From the NCBI GenBank assembly GCA_010405405.1, contig MU004234.1, forward strand, positions 1,205,275-1,269,274: DNA of 64,000 nucleotides, read 5' to 3'. This stretch comes from Microthyrium microscopicum. Lineage: Eukaryota. A model generated the notes under the pieces. The model saw only the letters and a program-made list of their open reading frames with translations, ran no database searches and had not been told where the DNA came from. The position numbers were made by a program, and so were the translations under genes. This document shows positions 37,691 through 48,907 of this stretch, in pieces. Numbering within the stretch: position 1 is the stretch's first letter; each line of letters begins with the position of its first letter.

Positions 37691-38822
37691 TCAGGAGTGC
37701 CCGGTCACAGGTTTTGCCTCATACAGCTCCTCGAGATATTTGACGTCTTCGTCCGTCAACACCTTTCCTTGTAGGTTCCGTATCTCTTCGACTCTTTCAA
37801 CAGAATTCAATCCAACGATCGGAATCGTCCCTTTGCTCTTCTGCCACGCGAGAGCTACCTCGGCCATTTTCCATCCCTTCTTCGCAGCCACGTCTTCCAC
37901 TCGTCCAATGATTTGTTCATCGACGGGACCCAGTCCTCGAGTGTGAGCGTAAGGTCCTTTAGAACGCTGTGAAGTCCCTTGGCCAACAGGTCGAGCCAGT
38001 CGGCCAGCGAGAAGCGGTGCATATGGAATCAAACCAACTCCAGTCTCCTTGCAGAAGCGGATCATTTCTCGCTCTTCCTCGCGGTAGCAGAGATTGTAAT
38101 AATTCTGCATGCTGATGAACTTGGTCCAATGGTTCTTCTCTGCCAGGTATTGCAACTGAGCAAACTTGGTGGCCCACATTGAGCTTGCGCCGATGTACCG
38201 TACTTTGCCAGATTGTACAAGGTCGTGCAAGGCCTTCATGATCTCTTCAGGCGGAACAGTGGGGTCATACCGATGGATCTGAAGCAAATCGATGTACGAA
38301 GCTCCTAGCCGCGCAAGAGAGTCGTCCACAGCTTTGAAGATGGCAACACGAGACAAGCCTACCCGCATTTTAGTTATGCTTTCGCTTTGGTAAAAGAGTA
38401 CACGGAGAATACTGACCACCTTGGTTGACATAATCCTTGCTTCGACCCATCTGCTCTCCAAACGCGTGTCCCATTGCTGTCGGTTCTTCTCCGACAGCGA
38501 AAGCACACTTGGTCATTATCACTACCTTATAACGCGGAATCCCAAAAGTGCGTAAGAACTTTCCGAGGACTTCTTCGCTGCCGCCATTGGAATATACGTT
38601 AGATGTGTCCCATGTATTGATACCGATGTCGTAGGCGGCTTTCAGGACCTTGAACGCAGCCTCCTCTCCCAAACACCACGGCACGATTGGCGATGAAGCG
38701 AAGCCCATTGCTCCTAGGATGGGCCATGATACTCGTAGACCCGAAGAGCCGAGTTGGACATAGTCGACCTTAGTGGACTGCAGTGACTGTTCGAGGCCTT
38801 GTGGCAGTGATAAGCCGGACAT
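37691..38822 (-). CDS. Aldo-keto reductase (aryl-alcohol dehydrogenase-like); intron 38416-38359
   Basis: LGSSGLRVS, WDTSNVYSNGGSE, VIMTK, SLARLGASYIDLLQIHRYD, GKVRYIGASS, MQNYYNL. Confidence 0.93.
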
Positions 38823-39333
38823 AATGAGATAGGAATGGTACTGCAACCTGGAGGAAATCCAGTTGCTATAGTTTTGTTCGGAGAATGGGGAAGTAAGAGC
38901 TGGATGTTCTTAGAAGAACGAAAAGGCCGCTTTTATACTCATTTTCGCAACAATCTAGGAAAGGAGTTAAAGGTTTCGATGGACCTTGTAAACCAAATGA
39001 ACCCATTTGAAACCTAATCACCGATGCAAAGTCCATTAAAAACCGATTAACCAAGACGCTATTACAAAACTCCAAAAGACTGCTCGCGGGATTGTCCTAA
39101 TAGGGTATAGCGCGATCGACAAAGGTTGTAGAGTCTGATGGCTACTCTGTGCTGCAAAGCGTGCTACGAATGACGGAGCCTGGTCGAGAGCAGGACATTT
39201 CATAGCTCTGAGATGTGGGGTACCGGTAAAATGATAGCAGATTGTCAGCAAAATACTTGAAACTTGTACAATAGCTTGTTTCTCCTTCTACTCATTGGTA
39301 TGATCAATTTATAGGTGTAGCTTTGGACAGTTT

Positions 39334-40547
39334 TCATCGTCTTTTGCGATTCATATGCTTCTCCCAAATGTAATACAAAGCTGCTTTTGTCGACCAGGTC
39401 GTATCACAAACGCCTAAAGCAAAAGAACTTGCTCGGGCTACATCCAGAGAAATCTTGAAAGCCTCGCCTCCTTCTCCAGATGCCCACTGGGCTGAGGATA
39501 TATCCGCGGCCAGTATCTCGATTGTCAAGTTTATAACATCCAGCAGCACCTCGTTTGGAGTTTTGTTGTAGTCCACGATTACCCTTTGCGCAGGCACCAC
39601 CATACCCAATATTCCATAGATTTTGTCAAGCTTATTTTCACAAAGTAGAAACCCTTGGTTCCTATCCCCAGTAGGACAGTAGAAATTGAGAATCACTTGA
39701 GGCAATGTATGTATCGATTTTGCCAGAGCTATAGTCCCATAGCAAGACATTACCCAACTACGAGCAGCTCCAAGATTCGCAAGCAGTCGTAGGTCGCTCC
39801 GGGGCCAAACCCATTCCCCGCATACAAAGGTAACATCTTTGGCCAATGCGAGTTCTTGCATGATCCATAGTCGTGTCCAGTATGGCCGTTGCAAGATCTT
39901 TGGCGCCAGTTTCCATGTCTCTGAAGACGTCGACTGCAAGTCTACGTCAGACTTCGACATTGTTCCTGATGTCTGCTGCTCGATAAATATCCTGGCGTGT
40001 TGACTGTCTTCACTTGCAAGGCCAAGCCAAGCGACGACCGAAGATGCGCAGCTATAAATGTTACCCATAAGCTGAACCTGGTGACTTTTCTCTTCTTTGT
40101 TCGACTGGTCGATGGTGAGTTGATCAATCCAAAGATATGACGCGGCAATATCAGATAGCTGGTAACGTGCTTGAACCACCGTACCGAGCTTTACGCCATT
40201 GGAGTTGCCATGCCGATTGTGGTCTATATCTGTAAACTGTATGCCCTTGGCAGGAAGACGCATCGCCTCGCGACACGTGTTCAGAAATTGCCACAACTTT
40301 TCTCGAATGTGAAAGGTTTTACCATTCAGCAGGATTTGGCAAGTAGGAGTGAGTGGCCCCCATTGATATGATACTGCAATATACGACGGTGCCTTATCAA
40401 AGGCATGAATAGACACAGACAACTCAATCAAGCTCGACGAGTCTGATCTGGGCCCTGTACTCGGTTGGAACTGGACAAGTCAAATATGTGTGCTTGGTGT
40501 TCGAAGTACACAGGTAGCTCATGCTTGAAGTGGTTAGAAGTATCCAT
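39334..40547 (-). pseudogene. HET-domain gene with disrupted 5' end (frameshift plus in-frame TGA)
   Basis: HET motifs YIAVSYQWG, LWIDQLTIDQ-EKSHQVQLMGNIY and YWTRLWIMQE are intact. Upstream the frame reads HI*LVQFQP (TGA 40482-40480), and the ATG at 40547 is out of frame. Confidence 0.7.
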
Positions 40548-41178
40548 CGTGAAGCCACTGTCACCTCTATCAAGGGAGAGGCATCAACGCATATCAATGA
40601 CCATATATGCGCGAACTTTGGTTTATGAAGCGAGAGGTTCTGAAGGTGAAATGGACATTTAAAACGAGGGAAGCAGAGTTGAGACCTTGAGGGACTTCAA
40701 ATCTTGGAGCTTGAAGTCAAGGGGGCGCGATACACATCATCCCAATCAGGCAGGTACATGACATTGGCGATTTGTCCGGATGGCCAACAACGCGCTTCTC
40801 TCGTACCCTGACCCTCATACCTTCTCGAGCCGTGACCTGACCCGATACTTGTCTTGGTAGACTCGTAGTAGGTAGAGTGAGAGTGCTGCAATTTGAGTTT
40901 TGCAGTTTGCGTGGGCGTTGTGGGCTTTTGTCTCGACACCGGAATACGAAGCAGACAAATGACAATGCCCAGCACTTTACGCCATCTACAATGTTCTCAT
41001 TTTGGCCTCTCACAGCATGCAGGAAAATCTCATGCACGCCAAGGCAAGCCAACTGCTGGGCCAGCTATCAACGTCTATCGCTAGACTCAGCCTGACGAGT
41101 CAAAAGTTTGTACATCAATGCGGTATCAGAGAGTTCAATAGTGGATTTCATGGCTAGGAAAACAGGAGGACAACTGCC

Positions 41179-41646
41179 ATGGATCGTTATATGCCTACTT
41201 CCTGTTCAGGTTGGTGCTGTGAAAAAGGCTTTGACTGTATAGGATTATCGACTCCCCAGCTCAATGCTGTCGAATGTCAACCCCCAGGCTACCAATTACA
41301 CTCTGGGGAGTTTTCTGCGGGTACAATGTTCTCTGGAGGAATGGGGCCAGGACCGTCAACTCCAGCATCTCAATCGACAAGTACAACACCTCATTCTTCG
41401 GCAACATCTCAGATGCTTCCGGGTCTCTCTACTTCCGACAAAATATCGCTAGGGGTAGGTTTTGGGGTCGGCCTGGGATTTGAAATACCTACATTACTCG
41501 TATCACTTTGGCAAGCAATACTGTTGTACAAGAAATCGAAGAGGAAAAGAGCAGTGCTCCCACAGTCGCGAGTAGCGACCACAACTCTTACTCAAGTACC
41601 CGGTCTTGCCAGTCCAGTACAAAGTATAAGAGCGACCACGCCATAG
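41179..41646 (+). CDS. Single-pass membrane protein fragment (Cys-rich ectodomain, S/T stalk, Mid2-like TM); 5' end unresolved
   Basis: WCC...C...C, S/T-rich linker, GLSTSDKISLGVGFGVGLG hydrophobic segment, then basic KKSKRKR. Confidence 0.55.
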   Translation: MDRYMPTSCSGWCCEKGFDCIGLSTPQLNAVECQPPGYQLHSGEFSAGTMFSGGMGPGPSTPASQSTSTTPHSSATSQMLPGLSTSDKISLGVGFGVGLGFEIPTLLVSLWQAILLYKKSKRKRAVLPQSRVATTTLTQVPGLASPVQSIRATTP

Positions 41647-42064
41647 TTTTGAAGAGACATTGCAATTGGCAGCTTTGTGAACGGGACTAAGCCAGGTAGA
41701 GCTTGGTGAAGAAGTCTACTGTTCCTGTACATGTGCTACGAGATAAACTTTTCGTCTTGAAGAGATATTGAACAGGGTATCTTTTGGCGAGAGCTATCAA
41801 GGCACGTAGCACTGCTGCCACTAGGTACAGTCATACAAGATGAGAACCTGCCTATATCTTGTGCTTCCTGGTGCTCAGAGCCAGTTAAGACGATTGTTGG
41901 ATGCCATCAGGACGAGCATAATCAGTGCTATCTTAGTGCTAGGTTCTGGTTCTGTAGCACTCATATTACCCCAGGTTAATGCAACCATAGGGCATGCAAT
42001 CCTTCGGTCGTGTTATTTCAATTGACCAGAACTCCATAGCAAATGTTGGTGATCAACCTGCAAC

Positions 42065-44965
42065 ATGTCTACCGAAGCGACTCAGATATTCACTGCTCAG
42101 GATGTATATCTCGGCATCTGGACAGACTGGTCTTATGGCCGTATTCGTGGTGCCACTCTCACGCTCAATTCTCAGCATGGTGGTCTCTTAGCAGCTTTCA
42201 TTGCTCTTTTTGTATCCTTTGCAGGAACAAGCTTCTTCAGATTTGCATACTTTGTTCTTCACCACATCTTCTCCTCGAACGAGTCTCAGGACACTTTGTA
42301 TCATCAAGTAAGTTGTCAATGACAATATTCTCGCACCTTTTCAAGACTCTACGTCAAGTAAAGATCTTGGACTAACGAGCTATAAGCGACAAGCAATCCT
42401 TAGAAATTCTGCCAACGGTACCACCGGCTTGTGGTCACTTACCTGTTTATTGTGGATATGGAGAGGAAGCGGCTCGAGAATCTACTCACGGTTGCTACCC
42501 TCAATCGCTTTGACTCTTATCATCGTGAGCGCCTTTGCGATTGCCGGCATATTCTCCTCCAGAATTTCATCAGCAAGTGGTCAATACGTGCTGCTGTCAG
42601 GGTTCAACTGTCGAAGACTACAAGGCTGGGAAGATGATCACATCACACCAAATTTCTTTACCGTGTTCTATCCATACTTTGCCAGGACCTTGATAGGAGA
42701 TACCAATTATGCTCAACAATGCTACATGGAAAATTCTGCTGCTATGGACTGTCCCAGGTTCATTAAGCCCAGCTTGAGTTCGATCATTGATCGGAATGCG
42801 ACATGTCCTTTTGGTGGAGACATTTGCAAAGCAAAGTACAGCAACATTCGCATTGACACTGGCTTCTTAGACAGTCATGACGACTTTGGCATCAACTCTC
42901 CTCCCGAAGACAGGGTTCTCTATCGCTCAGTGCAAGTATGCGCTCCGCTCAAGACGGAGGGACATACAGGTGTCAACACTATGACACAAAATGCAACTCG
43001 CGTTCCAATGACTACATATAGATATGGTAAGGTTCCTCCCTTCGAGTGAATCCCAGAGGTGATCACATCTCAATTTCGGCTATTGCGTATAATCGGCCAA
43101 ATGGACAGAATATCTGGCACGCTTCCACCAAGTGCGATGTATACCATCTGCAACAATTTGTTACTAGGTGCTTCATTTCCCAGTGCATGGGTTCAATGTT
43201 CGACGTCCCTCGAATGCGCTAGGTCTAAAGTATCTTTTTTTCGAGCGCACGATTTCTTTTGATCCCATTTGGTCAGCCTTCAATTAACAAACCTTAGGAA
43301 CTCTAATCCCAGACTTGTCAACAAACAATTTTACCTATCAATATCCTTCAAATCGGCCGGACAATGTTGTTCTCAATTTCACGTCAGCGTTGAATGCTGA
43401 CTATACCATCTCGTAAGTGAGCACAGATAGAAGCGTCTTCATTCAAGGAGCGGGCATATTGACGAAAACCATCTAGCTCTATATACGGTGCCGCATATGA
43501 TGAAGGCGATGATGCCTGGAGTGGATTCACGCCAATTGACCAGCTTCGTGTCCCCGATAGCGAAGTGACTGTTGCGTTTCTCTCACCAAATGGAGTGATA
43601 TTTTCTCAACAGTCAAAAGACCTTTGGTATGCAGCAAACGTGCCCTCTGATTGGCGCCTTGGGAGTCTTTTCGGGCAACGCATGGTAAACTATGCTTTCT
43701 TTCCCGAAGAACCAGTCGAGGTTCTGGCTTGTAGTAGACAACAGCAGTGGTGTAAACCGGGACTTCCTGCAAGCAAAGGTTGCTTACCTCTTTCGCCAGT
43801 CTTGGAGAAGAATGGCAGATTACGAGATCAATTGTGGAATACGGAAAGCCAGAGGAATCAGCTAGAATGGTTCAATGGTATACAGGCCAGAGCTTTGGAC
43901 ATTGCTGACGTGAGTTCACTGACGCGCACGCTCGGAGTATCTTGTCTGTCCAGTCGTAAATCACTTGTCGAAGGAGTACAATTCGACTTACCGGAAAATC
44001 AGTGGCAGCTGGAGGTAACGCTTCCCTCTTTCAACCCGCGATTCCAACGGCCTTCGATACTCCAGATCCAGTGTTGCACTTAACGGCCTCCATAGCATGT
44101 GTTCTTGGGTCGAAACGCAATGGTTCCCGCCGGACGCGATTGCACCCATAACATGTTTTGTGGTATCAGGCCGTGAAGATCAAGCAGTCTTCTCAAAGCG
44201 CATTTATTCCTATTGTCATATAACTAACACTTTTCAGGTGGAGTACTGGCACAAGATCCACATGGCCACTCTGCAGAGACTTTTTGTTGATACTGCGACT
44301 GGTCCTTCGGATGAACGGTTGAAAGAGTTTACGATTCCGCCTAACACCACAGAAGCTCAGGACATGTGTCGAAATCAGGTGAGTCGAGCTTGATCACCCC
44401 TTGCCCATCACATTCTCCCAAACAACTCGAGCAACTGTGAATTAATGGAACAGAATAGAAAGTAAGAAGTGCTGAATTCACCTCGTTCAACGTGCTTGGT
44501 CTAGTTTTAACTTTGTCTATTGGCGCCGTATTCATCGTTACAAGCTACAGTATCGAAACAGCTTGTGGAATGATTCAGAAGCGCCGTAACAAGGGATTAT
44601 ACGAGAGGATGGAATGGACCACAAACGGCACTCTACAGCTTCAAAGACTGGCACACGAGGAGCTTGGATTGGGCACCTGGACGCGCACAGTGAATGAATA
44701 TCCTATCACAGAGAGAGACCAGTACCTGGCAGTGCTAGATCTGGATGACACTGCGCATCCAAAGCTCAAAGCTGTGGCACCTTTGAAATTGAAGACGGCA
44801 ATCCTATCACCAAGCTCAAAGGACGCTAAGCCCTTGAACACGAACGTTGAGGGCGCTGTCAATGAGATTTCCCCAATCTCAAGGTCAAATACGCTAGCGA
44901 CGAGCCCAACTGTTGACGGCGCATTGACGATGACCGAGAAAAGCCGTCCTCTTCGAGGTATTTGA
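42065..44965 (+). CDS. Uncharacterised multi-pass fungal membrane protein; introns 42308-42386, 43027-43297, 43413-43476, 44015-44237, 44379-44458
   Basis: VYLGIWTDWS-GATLTL, HQ|RQAILRNS, NATCPF, DTGFLDSHDDFGIN, LPENQWQLE|V, EWTTNGTLQLQRLAHEELG; five GT-AG introns keep the frame. Confidence 0.85.
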
Positions 44966-45041
44966 CCAGAGCTTAGTGTCCTTTGTCCAGCACTAACCTA
45001 TGTCTGCCAGAAGATCAAGTCCTAGTCGTCAAGAAGACACG

Positions 45042-45087
45042 CTCTCTAACTCTCTAACTATCTAACTCTCTAACTCTCTAACTCTCT
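45042..45087. repeat. 8-bp minisatellite (CTCTCTAA) ~5.7 copies
   Basis: ctctctaa ctctctaa ctatctaa ctctctaa ctctctaa ctctct read directly. Confidence 0.9.
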
Positions 45088-48000
45088 TTGAACACATTCT
45101 TGCCATTTGACTAAGAACTATAGGGCAGACATGACAGTCAGCTGTGAGGGAAATGCACCTAGGTAGCTTATGGAAGAAGAAAGAACCGCTTTGACTACAG
45201 GCTGGAGGCACCGGAAAGATAAACGGTTTCAATATAAGATGAGATTAAGCTCCAAGGTAGAGGTAAGTTTATGATATGAGAGCTGCTGAGATATCAAGAT
45301 CAGTACGAGTATGGTGTATTTTGTTGCTGACGATGGAGCGGCAGGGAAACGATTTTATGCCACTTTTCGAGATATCTCCAGGGTAAAGCACTCGTAACAA
45401 GGTGAAGAAAGGAAAGATGCATTCTTTGTATTGTAGGAGCCAATCTAGTTGAATTTCAAGTAGTCTGGAAAGAAATCATGTTCTCAATAGCGAGCACTGC
45501 TCGATTTGTGAAAACATACATTCGCGAGTTGTTGCCAACAACCAACCTCCTGAGGAATCCCATTTTCGTTGTCCTTTCGGGCATGTTGCTTGTGGGCTTC
45601 CATAAGTGTCCATCTCAATTTATATCAGAACCTAGCCATTCGTATAAGGAATTGAGTTTGGACAGCCGACACTATCCATAGTGTGGGCGTTTAAAATGAT
45701 ATAATCTTAAAGTTTCGCATGCAAGGCATAATGGCCAACAAACAGGTCTTCAACTACTTCCCGGGTCCGTAGCCGTTCTCCGCGAGGCTAGCAGAGCTAA
45801 ATTCAATTTGCTGCAAATCAGAAAAAAGGAAGTGGAAGTTGAAGTCGGGCTACCTGAAATTCGTAAGAGAAATATGCGGACTTGCCTCAAAATGGACAAA
45901 TCGTGCCTTAGAGCCAAACAAAATGCACGAATTAAAAGGGATCGCAAGAGAAGAGTTTTCTCGCATTCTCATTGCTCCATATGTCAATACAAATACGTTC
46001 AGCCAGTTGTGCGTCTGCAAGTTCTCACAATCATGCAGGGCACTTGCCAACGCACCTGACTGAAAGAAGACGTAGATTGTGCCTGGTTTGAACGCAGGTC
46101 CATGCATCAGCTTGAGTTTTTTGGAGTGTAAGAACATTGAAGCGACATGTACGCTGACGAAGACAGCCGGAAAGCCAGCCCATCAGGGTGGTAACAGGTA
46201 CTTAGCTCTGCATAACAGCATGCAACTACGGCACGGTTTTGAGAGCCAAATTCAATGTGAGATAAAAACAATCTATGGCTTATTCAATAGCCATGCATAT
46301 GCCTAGTACATCCCTTTGATCGGCACGGTCTTTCGTAAATGCGACGGCTTGCTTTGATATGCAGACGGGTCCACGAGTTGGTTTTTTTGGTATTTCCTGA
46401 GCGAGTTCATATCATTTGGAAAACCTGTCTGTTGGGAGGCTTGCGACGCAATCCCTTCTGGGAGTCTTAGCTTACCTGCTAGATTGGCTTGCGTATGAAT
46501 TTGCTGGGCTTGGACAGCGTGGAGTTTCTGCAGCTTTTCAAAGTTGAGGCCATCGCTACTCTGAATTCTCCACCTTCTCCACACAGTGAATGGGCTGCCT
46601 TGGCTGCCCAACTTCTGAAACACTTTTGACTTTCCATATTTTTGCTATATCGGCCCGATTGAAGATTTACCGAATCATATTCATTAGCAAGAGTCAGAGG
46701 CGGAGAGCATAAAGACGAGGAGAAGTCACTAGGTAGCCGTCTGGATTCTGGAATTAGCCTTGTCCCTCTGACCTCATTTGGCTGAATTTTGCTTTTCTGC
46801 TTAGAGTGGGACTAGAGTCTTATTGATCAGTCTACCAGATCACCGCGAGGTTTCATACTTGTTATCGAGCTTTTCCAACGGATGAAGTTGAGCAGAATTT
46901 GGTCCTTGTTCGTCATCCTTGCTGGCGACTTTTCGGAGATCTTCGGCTAATGGACTCATTGTCGGGGTCCCTGGGAGAATCGATGTCGTAGTTACAATTA
47001 TCATTACCAAGTGTCCATTATAGACAAGGATAAGTCCTGATACGTGAAGGATAGGCAGCATGTTGAGAAAAAGCACAACTGCTACTTCTTACAAGACTCA
47101 GAAGGTACGAAGCTTAGCCCAACTCGCAATTCTGATCGTCAGCAGTCAGAATGCGATGCACTTCCATGGAAACGAAGATTGAAGCCCAAAAAGCGCGTTG
47201 ACTCCGATATGCTGTGATTGCTAAAGTACCTACCGTAGTTTGGTGGCCAGATCAGACCCGACGAAGTGACACCTTCCACGACATGTCGTTCTCGAGGCCG
47301 ACTAGTTGACCCTATCAATTGGCAAATTCTTGCGCCGCACAAGCTTGATAGCGTTACACATTTTCTTTTTGGCCAAATCGCTATGCCGATATCTGGCGGT
47401 TGTCATAGCTTCTGCACAGATCTCGAGCCGTTCAAGGTTGGTTTGCGTTGTTCACTAAGTATGCAGCGCACTGTTTGCAATCTGCACATTGGATAGAACT
47501 AAAACAGACGAACACGAGTGTTTTGAAGATCAATCTTCCAGTGATATCACCCTTTCCATCCTCGACTAAATTCTCGACATCTGCCACAACCGTCCTTACC
47601 AAACCTATTTGGGATAGCTTTGCCCCAAATTCTCACCAAAAACTGCCCCCTCTCATACAAAATAAGGTTGTGATTTGGCTGAAAACTGATGAGAACATTG
47701 GTCAAAACCTCAACGCTAACCGGCGCTATAACGTGCACGAACACCACAGGATGGAAAGGGATGGCAAGAGATTTCTCGCTTCTGTCAGTGGCTGCGACTG
47801 TAGATTATCGTTAGCTTATATAAGTGTATCAGCCTTGTCATATTGAAAGTTTGAAACATGGAAAGAATAGTCGAAACCTACGGCGAAGGCTAATCGCCAG
47901 CTACTACGCGCCACCACCAGCCATTTCGCGACCACAAGCCTAGGATCCAGCTACAAGGCTCTCCTTCTTTCCTCCTTAGGTGGGCGGATCTTAGCAAAGC

Positions 48001-48907
48001 AATCGGCAGATGATAAGATGCTTCAAATCCAATTCTTGAGACGATCCACGGAGGCTTGCATGGGAGTACAAAGAGGAGAATATTGGAAGATGATAAATTT
48101 TCCAGGCATTAAAGTGGACTATCAGTTTGAGCCAGCAACGTTCTAACTTCCAACGGCTGAGCCTCTCTGTAAGAACTTTAACGTTTAAGGTGAATACATT
48201 TAGACCGTAGACGGGTCCCAAGCGGCAGCAACCGCACAGTATGGTTCCACATGGATTTAGTGGCTTCTTTTGATGTTTCCAATCCTTCCAAAATCTCGCG
48301 GTTTTTGACTCGACATTCTAATTCTATGCCCGCTTTCCGGTCGTCCCTGGGCCTACCCGCCGGCTCGGGCGTAATGCATCCGCCATGCTGGCTGAAAGTT
48401 CGATGATTGGATGCTTTTGTACGCCCATTGCTGTTCAAGAGCCTATCCGCGTGAGGACTGCTTGCCTCTTCACAAGCCCTTCTCTAGACTCTTTATTTTT
48501 CTTCCTCAACCGTTGAATCGACCAGCCAAGCTTTGTTTTCCCTTTCTAATGACCGGCTTGAACAAACATTGGCTGGCAGTTTAGGCCTGTTTGTTCAATT
48601 GGTCCATTGGAATTTGGAAAGCAACAGGCTTTGGTCCTTGAACCATACAAGACACACGCTTTTGCCTTGCCCAAAGCTGTGGACCTGGTACAGGATCGTT
48701 CCCTGTATGCATTTGCATGCTCCAATCCATCATCATCATTCTTTCTTCTTCTCTAAAGCTTCCCCGTCTGCGCCATCCATCGCAGCATGATCTCATTTTT
48801 GCCATCCTCTCTTTCGTTTTCACCTTGATCAACTATACGGTCTGCTGGACAGCCATTCACTTAGCTACGACCCAATCTTCTATTCTTCATGACCTTGAAT
48901 ACTCACA

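Noticed and set aside
46303..47076. Minus-strand ORFs as exons of one gene
   Set aside because: The splice combinations I tried ran into stops; no recognisable motif.
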